NCBI GenBank assembly: GCA_036278635.1
Contig: DASUKQ010000165.1
Span: 4,607-68,606, forward strand
From: Rhodanobacteraceae bacterium
Lineage (GTDB): Bacteria > Pseudomonadota > Gammaproteobacteria > Xanthomonadales > Rhodanobacteraceae
Direction of reading: 5' to 3'
Length of the DNA stretch: 64,000 bases
The position numbers were made by a program, and so were the translations under genes. Position 1 is the stretch's first letter, and each line of letters starts with the position of its first letter. Of this stretch, positions 38,499-48,203 are shown one piece after another. The notes under the pieces were generated by a model. It was not told the DNA's origin. It did not search any database and saw only the letters and a list, made by a program, of their open reading frames with translations.

Positions 38499-38598
38499 CG
38501 GTAACCCCTGTCCAGTTGCAAGGTTCGGATATGCTAGCCGCGCCGCAAGCGCAGTACGCATTGTTCGCGGCACCATTCACACCCAAAGGGGCATCGAC

Positions 38599-38856
38599 AT
38601 GATCAAGGGCAAAGTCTCCAGCGAAACCGTCGGCAGGATCCTCGATCGCCTGTCGCAGGATCACGACTTTCGGGAGCACTTCATCGGCGATCCGGCTGGC
38701 GCGCTCAAGCCGTTCGGCATCGAGGTTGACGCCAGCAAGGTTCCCGCCGTGCGACGATTGCCCTCGAAGGATGAGATTGCGAAGGTCCGGGACAAGGCGA
38801 AAGGGATTGACGACCCCATCACGAAAGTTGGGCTTGCCGTTTTCCTGTTGAAGTAG
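38599..38856 (+). CDS. 85-aa NHLP/Nif11-like putative RiPP precursor peptide
   Basis: AAAGGGG lies 8 nt upstream of the ATG. VGRILDRLSQDHDFREHFIGDPAGALKPFGIEV matches the helix-turn signature of Nif11/NHLP-type leaders. The ORF is sandwiched between the dehydrogenase and the cyclase/TPR gene. Confidence 0.7.
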   Translation: MIKGKVSSETVGRILDRLSQDHDFREHFIGDPAGALKPFGIEVDASKVPAVRRLPSKDEIAKVRDKAKGIDDPITKVGLAVFLLK

Positions 38857-38880
38857 GGCCCATCCAGTGCAAACGGCGCA

Positions 38881-41421
38881 TCAATGGACGCTCGACGTCT
38901 CTTGATGCGCCGTGGCTTCCAACGACTGAAGCGCCAGCAAGTTGGGGATCAGTGCCGGTTCGTTTTCCAATTCCGCGATGGCTTGCCCGCGATGCGCCTC
39001 CAACCATTTTGCCTGTTGACGCGCGCCGTCCGCATCCTTGTCGGCCTCGTAGGCCAACATCAAGGCAACGTGGGTCTGGAAGTATTCGTGCCCGTCAACC
39101 AGCTTGGCAAGGCACGCGATTCGATCCTTGAGCGCGCTGATGTACTGCGTTTCGCAATCCGCGGTGTTCCACAGCGCGGCGCGGTCGTAATAACCATGAT
39201 TCAACGCCAGCTCGCGTGAGCTGTCCAGCGCCTTGCGCGCCAGCGCAGGCTGATCGTTGCGTACCGCCAGCATGGCTGCCAGAGCCAGGTGGATCGCGGC
39301 ACTGCCATCGACGGCCGGGCCAGTCTGCGCGATGCGTGTCGACTCGTCATTCACTATGTGCGTCAATTCCAACTTGGCGTCAGTTGTGCCTGTTGAGAAA
39401 TCCAATGCCGCACGTGCCAGCGCGATCCGCGCACGCTGCGGTTTTGCAGTGGCCGGCGCCATGGCTTCGGCCTTGTCAAGCAACCCGCGCGCATCTGCAT
39501 CCCTGCCCTGTTCGACCGCGACGGCCGCAAGACGCACCAGCTTCGCCGCCTCGATCGACGGAGGAATTCGTTTCGGCGCTGCATCAAGACGCGCCAGCAC
39601 CGCTTTGTAGTCCCGCAGCGCGAGATCAAGGCCCACATCCTCGTAATGCGGGGCAAGCATTCCGAGCTTGCGGCCCTGCTCAAGATAGCCTCGCGCCATC
39701 TTGTAATCATTGCGCTCCATTTCGATCATCGCCAGCGAATACCAACTGAGGCCTCGCAGCGGATTGCGCGAGTGCGCAACTGCAAGGAAATGCGGAATCG
39801 CTTCCGAAAGTCTGTGCTCGTACCACCAAAACCCCAAGCCCACATTCTGCTGGGCGCCACTGTCGTCAGGATAGAGCTGTGTCAAAGCCTGCCAGTTGGA
39901 TATCCATTTGTTGGCATCCGCGTACTGGCCGATCGTGGCATCCACGGTCAAGCGTTCGCGCGTGCTCAGGCGGTCGCGATTGGCTTCGGCCTTTTGGAGG
40001 CTTGCGTACGAAGCCGCGGGGTCATTCAGGAATGCGTTTTGCAGGGTTGCCACACGTGCCCAAGCCATCGCGAAATCAGGATCGATGGTGGTCGCCTGCC
40101 GCAGCAATGCCAAAGCTTCATTGATTTTGCCTTGTCCATACGCTGATTCGGCTTCTGCAAAGGCCCGCAACGCGTCGATATTGCTGGTCGTGATCTGCTG
40201 CAGTGGCATCGAGGTCTTCTGGATCGACGCCAACGATTCGCCCAGCCGCGAGCGCAGCTTGCCGAGCAACTTGTCGGTGGCCGGCAGGATCTGTTGCTCA
40301 CCATCGGCCTGGGTGGAATCGCTGTACACGGTGACGCCGGTGTGCGGATCGATCACCTCGGCACTGATCTGGATGCGCCCGCCGACCTGCGCGAGACTGG
40401 GCAGGATCAAAGCGCGCGCGCCTTCGCGCATCGCGACGTCCGCGCCGATGGTGCGGTTGACCGGCGTGCCGACGGGTTTCTCCATGCGCTTTAGCGCATT
40501 GTCCACCTGCATGTCGGGGATCACGTTGACGTACTGCGACTGCTCCAGTCCGATCTTGAACGCGGCGTCCAGCGGCGTGCCGAGCTGTTGCTGGTTGGTG
40601 TGGTTCTGCACGTTGCCAACCACCACCCAGTCGCGCGCGGCAAACGCCAGCGTGGGCGGGCTCTGCAGCAGGAACCACGCGGAGACGCCGATGGCGATCG
40701 CCAGCATCGCCGCTTCGGCAGCCAGCGTCAGCGGCCGCCGCCACCATGGCAACACCCGCTTCGCGGTGCGGCCGGATTTCGGCGCGTGGAGCGGCGCGAG
40801 ACCGACCTCGCCCGCTTCGACGATGGCCAGTGATTCGTGCAGGCCCTTGAAGCGGTAGCGTCCGTGGTTCTTCCATTGCACACGTTCGGCGGCGTCGTGG
40901 CCCAATTCCCCCTCGGCGCGATGCGCGATGCGGGCTGCGGCGGAGGACATCAGGATCTGCTGCGGCCGCGCCAGTTGCGCGAGGCGTGCGGCCACGGGCT
41001 TGACCAGACCTTCCACCTCGGTGGGCTTGGCGCCGCGCGCGACGTCTTCGGGTGCGTTTTCCCAGACGACCACGTCGCCCATGTGAATACCAACGCGCGC
41101 GCGCACCACGACTCCTTCGGCGGCCGAGAGGTGCTTCAGGCCGCGTTGGTAATCCAGCGCGAATGCCGCGGCCTGGATGGGGCGCTCGAACATCAGCAGG
41201 AAACCATCGGTCTTGTCGATCTCGCGGCCATGGTGCTGCTCGATGAGCGCACGCGCGAGGCGGTCGTGCTTGCGGATGATGTTGGCGGCGTTCTGGTCGC
41301 CCATGCGCTCGACCAGCGCGGTGGAATCGGCGATGTCGCACACCACCAGCGTACGCAATTGCGGGGTGGCCATGCGGCCCGGGCCGGGGGTCGTTTCCAG
41401 CTGGTGGATTTCGGCGGTCAT
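38881..41421 (-). CDS. membrane-anchored class III nucleotidyl-cyclase-domain / TPR protein (putative peptide-modification-system cyclase)
   Basis: N-terminal cyclase homology domain (LRTLVVCDIADSTALVERMGD...REIDKTDGFLLMFE...RVGIHMGDVVV), one TM segment (LTLAAEAAMLAIAIGVSAWFLL), then ~580 aa of periplasmic and TPR-like repeats. I prefer the ATG at 41421, with GGAG 9 nt upstream, over the GTG at 41457. Confidence 0.85.
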   Translation of the reverse strand: MTAEIHQLETTPGPGRMATPQLRTLVVCDIADSTALVERMGDQNAANIIRKHDRLARALIEQHHGREIDKTDGFLLMFERPIQAAAFALDYQRGLKHLSAAEGVVVRARVGIHMGDVVVWENAPEDVARGAKPTEVEGLVKPVAARLAQLARPQQILMSSAAARIAHRAEGELGHDAAERVQWKNHGRYRFKGLHESLAIVEAGEVGLAPLHAPKSGRTAKRVLPWWRRPLTLAAEAAMLAIAIGVSAWFLLQSPPTLAFAARDWVVVGNVQNHTNQQQLGTPLDAAFKIGLEQSQYVNVIPDMQVDNALKRMEKPVGTPVNRTIGADVAMREGARALILPSLAQVGGRIQISAEVIDPHTGVTVYSDSTQADGEQQILPATDKLLGKLRSRLGESLASIQKTSMPLQQITTSNIDALRAFAEAESAYGQGKINEALALLRQATTIDPDFAMAWARVATLQNAFLNDPAASYASLQKAEANRDRLSTRERLTVDATIGQYADANKWISNWQALTQLYPDDSGAQQNVGLGFWWYEHRLSEAIPHFLAVAHSRNPLRGLSWYSLAMIEMERNDYKMARGYLEQGRKLGMLAPHYEDVGLDLALRDYKAVLARLDAAPKRIPPSIEAAKLVRLAAVAVEQGRDADARGLLDKAEAMAPATAKPQRARIALARAALDFSTGTTDAKLELTHIVNDESTRIAQTGPAVDGSAAIHLALAAMLAVRNDQPALARKALDSSRELALNHGYYDRAALWNTADCETQYISALKDRIACLAKLVDGHEYFQTHVALMLAYEADKDADGARQQAKWLEAHRGQAIAELENEPALIPNLLALQSLEATAHQETSSVH

Positions 41422-41547
41422 GTTCGCTGCTCCGTTCGCGCTGAGCGTAGCGAGCACAGCGATCGGCGTCCTTCGACTCCGGCCCCGTCTTTTTCAAAGC
41501 CGGGGCCCACGCTCAGGACGAGCGGTTTCTCCATCCGCCCGGAAAAA

Positions 41548-42567
41548 TCAACTCATCACGTGCGCGCCGTCACCGCCGGAACCTTTCACGTGGTACAGCG
41601 CGCAATCGGCCTCGCTGTACCACACCGACCACTCGCCATCCTCGCGGCACAGGCCACCGCCGACGCTGACGGACACCGTGAGGTCCGGCGCGGATTGCGG
41701 AAAGCGCAACCGGCGCACGCCCTCGGCGATGCGCAGGGCGCGCTCGGCCAGTTCGCGCTGGTCGTGGACCTGGGTGAGCAGTGCGAACTCGTCGCCACCC
41801 AGCCTGCACGGCAGGTCGGTCGCGCCGGCAGCGTCCTGGATTTCCGCCGCGATCGCGCGCAGCACCTCGTCGCCGGTCAGGTGACCGCTGGTGTCGTTGA
41901 TCTGCTTGAAATGGTCGATGTCGATCAGCAGCAACCCGAAGCGGTGGTGGCGGTCGCGCATCTCGGGCGCTTTCTCGAGCAACTGGTAGAGGCCGCGCCG
42001 ATTGCTCAACCCCGTCAGGTCGTCGGTACAAACCTGGTGGCGCGCCAGTTGCAACTGGTCGCGCGTCTGCCGCAGCGAGTCCAGGGTCTGCATCAGGTCT
42101 TCGTTGCGACGCTTGTAATTGGCAATCAACTGCCTCTCGCTGGCGACCAGATAGGTAAACGAGCGCAACATGAAATGTGCCATCTGCAACGGTTCGCGCC
42201 GCAGCAGGTCCTCGAAGGCATCCGGATCGATCAGGTGCACGACGCTCGGCTCGGCAGCGAGGGCGCTACCGGAACGTGCATGGTTGCCGACGAACAACGC
42301 CAGCTCACCGAAGTATTCGTCGGGACCGATCAACTTGTCGGGCAGGTCGCCGGCGAATTCGAGCAGCACGCGTCCGGACTCAATCACGAACATGCTGCGC
42401 CCGTATTCGCCGCGCCGGAACACGGCGCGACCTGCGTCCAGTTCCACGCGCCGTCCGGCGCCGGCGAACAACGCCATTTCTTCGGCCGACAGCTGCCGCG
42501 GCAGGCGCCCCAGCCTGGGCGCCTCGGGTTCCGGTTCCGAGAAAACTGCTGAAGCATCACTGGACAC
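41548..42567 (-). CDS. cyclic-nucleotide-binding domain / GGDEF diguanylate cyclase
   Basis: cNMP-binding fold (VFRRGEYGRSMFVIESGRVLLEF...DEYFGELALFVGNHARSGSALAA) followed by GGDEF (DDLTGLSNRRGL...LLLIDIDHFKQINDTSGHLTGDEVL...RLGGDEFALL). Start reassigned to the GTG at 42567, after GGGAGGGGGG. The upstream part of the 582-aa ORF overlaps aceA out of frame. Confidence 0.85.
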   Translation of the reverse strand: MSSDASAVFSEPEPEAPRLGRLPRQLSAEEMALFAGAGRRVELDAGRAVFRRGEYGRSMFVIESGRVLLEFAGDLPDKLIGPDEYFGELALFVGNHARSGSALAAEPSVVHLIDPDAFEDLLRREPLQMAHFMLRSFTYLVASERQLIANYKRRNEDLMQTLDSLRQTRDQLQLARHQVCTDDLTGLSNRRGLYQLLEKAPEMRDRHHRFGLLLIDIDHFKQINDTSGHLTGDEVLRAIAAEIQDAAGATDLPCRLGGDEFALLTQVHDQRELAERALRIAEGVRRLRFPQSAPDLTVSVSVGGGLCREDGEWSVWYSEADCALYHVKGSGGDGAHVMS

Positions 42568-42817
42568 GACCACCCCCCTCCCGTCCACCGGATCATACCG
42601 CAGTGTGGAAGCCACCGCAGGTGAGCGGCTGCGGCCCGTCCATCGAGCACAACGGTTGTCCGCGGGGTGGTCGGAAACGCTGGTCGACCCGCGCGATACC
42701 CGTCTCCCCGGCGAAACCCGCAGGCGCGCGTCTTGCGGTCGGACATCGCGTCCGGAAGCCCGCGGCGTCGCGGACAGGTCCTTCGCGATTGCGGGATGAC
42801 GGGTGGATCGGGTCGCG

Positions 42818-44116
<1,299 letters not shown>

Positions 44117-44174
44117 CGGGATTCTCCGTGTAGAGTGCAACCTGTGGATCCCGGGCTGCGCCGGGACGACGAGT

Positions 44175-45776
44175 TCAGATTTGCTCGTAGGCGGGCAGGG
44201 TCAGGAAATCGGCCAGGGTCGACGCGCCGACCAGTTCGCCCAACAACACCGCGGCGGCGGCGGCGCGCTCCGCACCCGGCAGCGTGCTTTCGTGCAGCAC
44301 GTGGACGGCCGTGGTCAACGCGCGCTTGAACCGTGTCGGCGTGATCGGAGCACCGTCGTCGAAGGCGAGCCCGCCGTCATGATGCAGCCAGCACCACAAC
44401 TGGGTGCGCGCGATCTCGGCGGTTGCGGCGTCTTCCATCAGGTGGTGGATCGGCACGCAACCCATCCCCGACAACCACGCCGCGGTGTAGCGCAATGCGA
44501 CTTCGACGTTGTTGTCGAAGCCCGCGTGGGTGATGCTGCCGCCACACGGCGCGATCAACATGTCGCGGGTGACGTGCACGTCGGAGCGCTCGACGTGCAA
44601 CTGGTTCGGGGTCGGCATGTGACGGTCGAAGACCTCGCGCGCGACTGCGACCAGCGCCGGATGCGCGACCCAGGTGCCGTCGTGGCCGTCCTCCACTTCG
44701 CGCAGCTTGTCGGCGCGGACCTTGGCGAGGGCTGCCTCGTTGGCCGCCGCGTCGCCCTTGATCGGAACCTGCGCGGCCATGCCGCCCATCGCGAAGGCGC
44801 CCCGCCGGTGGCAGGTCTTGACCAGGTAGCGCGAATAATTGCGCAGGAACGGCACCGTCATCGTCACCTGGCCGCGCTCGGGCAACACGCGGTCGGGGTG
44901 CGCACGCAGGGTTTTCAGATACGAGAAGATGTAGTCCCAGCGTCCGCAGTTGAGTCCGACCGCGCGCCGCCGCAGCGCGTACAGGATCTCGTCCATCTGG
45001 AACGCCGCGGGCAGGGTTTCGATCAGGACCGTGGTCCTGAACGTGCCGCGCGCGAGCCCGAGTTCGCGCTCGACATGCGCCATCACGTCCTCCCACAGCG
45101 CGGCCTCTTCCATCGACTGCAGTTTCGGCAGGTAGAAGTACGGGCCGAGATCCTTCGCCGCCAGCGCCCGCGCGTTGTGGAACGCGAACAGGGCGAAGTC
45201 GAACAGCGCGCCGGACAGCGGCTCGCCATCCACGCGAACGTGGTTTTCCGGAAGGTGCCAGCCGCGCGGGCGCACCATCAGCACCGCAATCCGAGGGTCG
45301 AGGCGGTACACGCGGCCGTCGTCGGCACGATGTTCGATGGTGCCGGCGACCGCGTCGCGCAGGTTGACCTGCCCGTCGAGCAGGTTGGTCCAGGTCGGGG
45401 TGGTGGAATCCTCGAAGTCGGCCATGAATACGTTGGCGCCGGAGTTCAGCGCGTTGATCACCATCTTGCGATCGACCGGCCCGGTGATCTCGACGCGGCG
45501 GTCGGCCAGCGCGGCCGGGATCGGCGCGACCGCCCATTCGGCCTGGCGGATCGCCCGGGTATCGGGGCGAAAATCGGGCAACCCGCCCTGGTCGTAGCGT
45601 GTTTGCAACCTGGCCCGTTCGGCCATCAGCGCCTGGCGCCGCGGTTCGAAGAGGCGGTGCAGGTCGACCAGCAGCGCCAGGACCCCGTCACCGAGCACCG
45701 CCTCGTGCTCCGCATGCGGCAGATCCCAAACCTCGATCTCCGTGTTTTCCTGCAAGGCTTCCATCGGTACGGCCAT
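44175..45776 (-). CDS. aceB: malate synthase A
   Basis: ...[35 protein letters not shown]...RPRGWHL...; 533 aa. Confidence 0.93.
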   Translation of the reverse strand: MAVPMEALQENTEIEVWDLPHAEHEAVLGDGVLALLVDLHRLFEPRRQALMAERARLQTRYDQGGLPDFRPDTRAIRQAEWAVAPIPAALADRRVEITGPVDRKMVINALNSGANVFMADFEDSTTPTWTNLLDGQVNLRDAVAGTIEHRADDGRVYRLDPRIAVLMVRPRGWHLPENHVRVDGEPLSGALFDFALFAFHNARALAAKDLGPYFYLPKLQSMEEAALWEDVMAHVERELGLARGTFRTTVLIETLPAAFQMDEILYALRRRAVGLNCGRWDYIFSYLKTLRAHPDRVLPERGQVTMTVPFLRNYSRYLVKTCHRRGAFAMGGMAAQVPIKGDAAANEAALAKVRADKLREVEDGHDGTWVAHPALVAVAREVFDRHMPTPNQLHVERSDVHVTRDMLIAPCGGSITHAGFDNNVEVALRYTAAWLSGMGCVPIHHLMEDAATAEIARTQLWCWLHHDGGLAFDDGAPITPTRFKRALTTAVHVLHESTLPGAERAAAAAVLLGELVGASTLADFLTLPAYEQI

Positions 45777-45858
45777 GGTGCGCTCCCGTGCGGTTGTCGA
45801 AAATCGAAGCTAGACGGGAGCCGTGCATTTGACAAAGCAAAGCTTTCAATCTATATAG

Positions 45859-45871
45859 TTGACAATGTCAA
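45859..45871. promoter_or_regulatory. perfect 13-bp dyad TTGACAATGTCAA (T-N11-A LysR-type box) in the aceB/LysR divergent spacer
   Basis: Read directly from the sequence. It lies in the most AT-rich stretch of the window (45830-45900), 37 nt upstream of the LysR start codon. Confidence 0.45.
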
Positions 45872-45907
45872 CGTCTATTCCAAACTATTGAATCCACGCG
45901 TGCAATC

Positions 45908-46933
45908 ATGGCTGAACGCCCCGTAAAAACCACTCGAAAGGGACCCGGCAAGCACGGCAGGCGCGGTGCAGACCAGTCGGGGAACCGGGCGCGCTTCTAC
46001 TACAAGGGCAATCGCTACAAGCAACTGCGCGCCTTCGTCGCGATCGCCAAGCTCGGCACCCTCGCCCGCGCGGCGGAATCGCTGTTCCTGTCGGCCCCGT
46101 CGATCAGCCTGCAATTGCAGGCCCTGGAGCGCGAGCTGGGCACGCTGCTGGTCGAACGCGGCCGGCGCCGCGTCACCCTGACGCGTGCCGGGCAGGCGCT
46201 GTTCGAACAGGCCCGGCCCCTGGTGGAGGGCCTGGATGCCCTGGACGCGCAATTCCACGGCGCGCTGGCGGGACTCGGCGCCGGCGAACTCACCATCGCG
46301 GCCGGATCGTCCACGATCCAGTACCTGCTGCCGCCGCTGGTTGCGGGTTACCGCGAGAAATTTCCCGGCGTGCGCCTGCAGCTGGCCAACGTGACCGGCA
46401 AGGACGGCCTCGCCCTGTTGCGTTCCAACGCGGCGGACTTCGCGGTGGGCTCCATGCTGGATGTGCCGCACGACATCAGCTATCAGCCGTTCCGGCGCTA
46501 CGATCCGATGTTGATCGTGCCGATCGGGCATCCGTTGGCCGACAAGCCCGACCTTCAGCTCGCGGACCTGTCGCCGCACGGCCTGATCCTCCCGCCGCAT
46601 CGCCTGACGACCTACCGACTCGTCGATCTCGTCTTCCAGCAACGCAAGGTGCCCTACACCGTCGCGATCGAAGTCGGCGGCTGGGAAGTCATCAAGCAAT
46701 ATGTCGCGATGGGGCTCGGCATTTCCATCGTCACCGGCATCTGCCTGACCGACGCCGACAACCAGCGCCTGGTCGCACGCAACATGCGCGCGTGGTTCCC
46801 GCAGCGCAGCTACGGCGTGGTGATGCGCAAGGGCACGTACCTGTCGCCCGAGGCGCGCGGTTTCATCGACCAGATCAAGCCGGGCCTGCTCACCCACCGC
46901 GAACATGACGAGACGGGGGATTCGGAGCGTTGA
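45908..46933 (+). CDS. LysR-family transcriptional regulator
   Basis: HTH LRAFVAIAKLGTLARAAESLFLSAPSISLQLQALERELGTLLVER followed by a substrate-binding domain. Divergent from aceBA. Confidence 0.88.
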   Translation: MAERPVKTTRKGPGKHGRRGADQSGNRARFYYKGNRYKQLRAFVAIAKLGTLARAAESLFLSAPSISLQLQALERELGTLLVERGRRRVTLTRAGQALFEQARPLVEGLDALDAQFHGALAGLGAGELTIAAGSSTIQYLLPPLVAGYREKFPGVRLQLANVTGKDGLALLRSNAADFAVGSMLDVPHDISYQPFRRYDPMLIVPIGHPLADKPDLQLADLSPHGLILPPHRLTTYRLVDLVFQQRKVPYTVAIEVGGWEVIKQYVAMGLGISIVTGICLTDADNQRLVARNMRAWFPQRSYGVVMRKGTYLSPEARGFIDQIKPGLLTHREHDETGDSER

Positions 46934-47001
46934 CGCACGGGTGGCGGCCCATGGCATGCATCCTGCTTGTCGATTGTCGCCATCATCAGGGGAGAACGGG
47001 C

Positions 47002-47571
47002 ATGAAGCCACGCTGGTTGCTGCTGGTGCTGCTCGCGGCGCTGAGCTGCGGGTGCGTCACCCACATCCGTCCAACCGTCAATTACAACCCGCCACCGAGC
47101 GAACCGCTGTCGCATTTCCAGCACTTCATGCTGGCGCCGCTGAAGGTCTCGGGCGGGGCAGCGCATGAAGAGGCCGCGGTCAACAAGATTTCGCTCTACA
47201 TGCGGCAACGCGTAGGCGGGACGCTCATGAGTTGGGAAAACCGCAACCAGAGCGGGCGCGTGCTCGAGGTCAAGCCTTGCATCGACCAGCTGAAGTTCGT
47301 GGGCGGTGGCACACGCTTTTTTGCCGGCGCGCTTGCTGGCAGTTCCGCCGTGCTGATGCACGTTGCACTGGTCGACGCGCAAACCGGACGCATGATCGCG
47401 AATCCAGAGTTCTACCAGCGCGCCGCTGCCTACGGCGGCGCCTGGAGCTTCGGTGGCACCGACAACGGCATGCTGGCCCGCATCGCGACCGTCGTGCAGC
47501 AATACCTGGACCGCAACTACCTGCGGGCGGTGGGTGGTCCGACCGGGCTCGACGGAACGGAGCAGGACTGA
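47002..47571 (+). CDS. putative lipoprotein
   Basis: MKPRWLLLVLLAALSCGC contains a lipobox (LSC). Internal ATG within the 46930 ORF. Confidence 0.7.
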   Translation: MKPRWLLLVLLAALSCGCVTHIRPTVNYNPPPSEPLSHFQHFMLAPLKVSGGAAHEEAAVNKISLYMRQRVGGTLMSWENRNQSGRVLEVKPCIDQLKFVGGGTRFFAGALAGSSAVLMHVALVDAQTGRMIANPEFYQRAAAYGGAWSFGGTDNGMLARIATVVQQYLDRNYLRAVGGPTGLDGTEQD

Positions 47572-47603
47572 CGCGCCGGGCGGAGACGCGATCCAGTCTT
47601 CCG

Positions 47604-48203
47604 CTACACCCCGCGGTGCTTGCCCCGATAGGGCGCGTAGAACGCGCGCAGCGCGGCGATGTCGGCATCCTTGTCGTCGCCGGGGTGGAACAACGGGCCC
47701 AGGCCGATCACCTTGCGCGGGTAATCGAAATAGCCCGGCAGGATAGGCACGCCGGCCTGGCGCGCGATGTGCCAGAAGCCGCTCTTCCACTTCGTGACCG
47801 GTTTGCGGGTGCCTTCCGGTTCGATACCGAGCCACAGTCGCTCGCGCGCGCGGAAGCGTTCGACCATCTGCTCGACCACATCGTGCGCGGCGCGGCGTTC
47901 GATCGGCAGACCGCCAAGGCGGCGCAAGGCGCCTCCCAGTGGCCAGCGGAACAACTCGCGCTTGGCCATGAAGGAAATGTCCGCGCCCAGCGCGACCTTG
48001 AACAGCAGGCCCCAGATGCCGTCCCACCACGACGAGTGCGGCGCAACGATCAGAACCAGTTTCGGGACGGCGGGCAATTCGCCTTCCAGGCGCCAGCCGC
48101 TCGCGCGCACCCACGCACGAAAAACATGCCGCCATGCGCGGTCGGGGTGCTGCGGCATGGCCGCGGGCAGCCGCGGCGGGAGCGACGACGCACCTGCCAT
48201 CAA
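47604..48203 (-). CDS. PlsC-family (lysophospholipid) acyltransferase
   Basis: The HSSWWD (HX4D) motif and EPEGTR block are present. Confidence 0.8.
   Translation of the reverse strand: MMAGASSLPPRLPAAMPQHPDRAWRHVFRAWVRASGWRLEGELPAVPKLVLIVAPHSSWWDGIWGLLFKVALGADISFMAKRELFRWPLGGALRRLGGLPIERRAAHDVVEQMVERFRARERLWLGIEPEGTRKPVTKWKSGFWHIARQAGVPILPGYFDYPRKVIGLGPLFHPGDDKDADIAALRAFYAPYRGKHRGV

Noticed and set aside
40298-42552. 399-aa minus (40298..41497) and 571-aa plus (40837..42552) ORFs.
   Set aside because: Alternative and antisense frames of the cyclase/TPR and GGDEF genes. Arg-rich with no domains.
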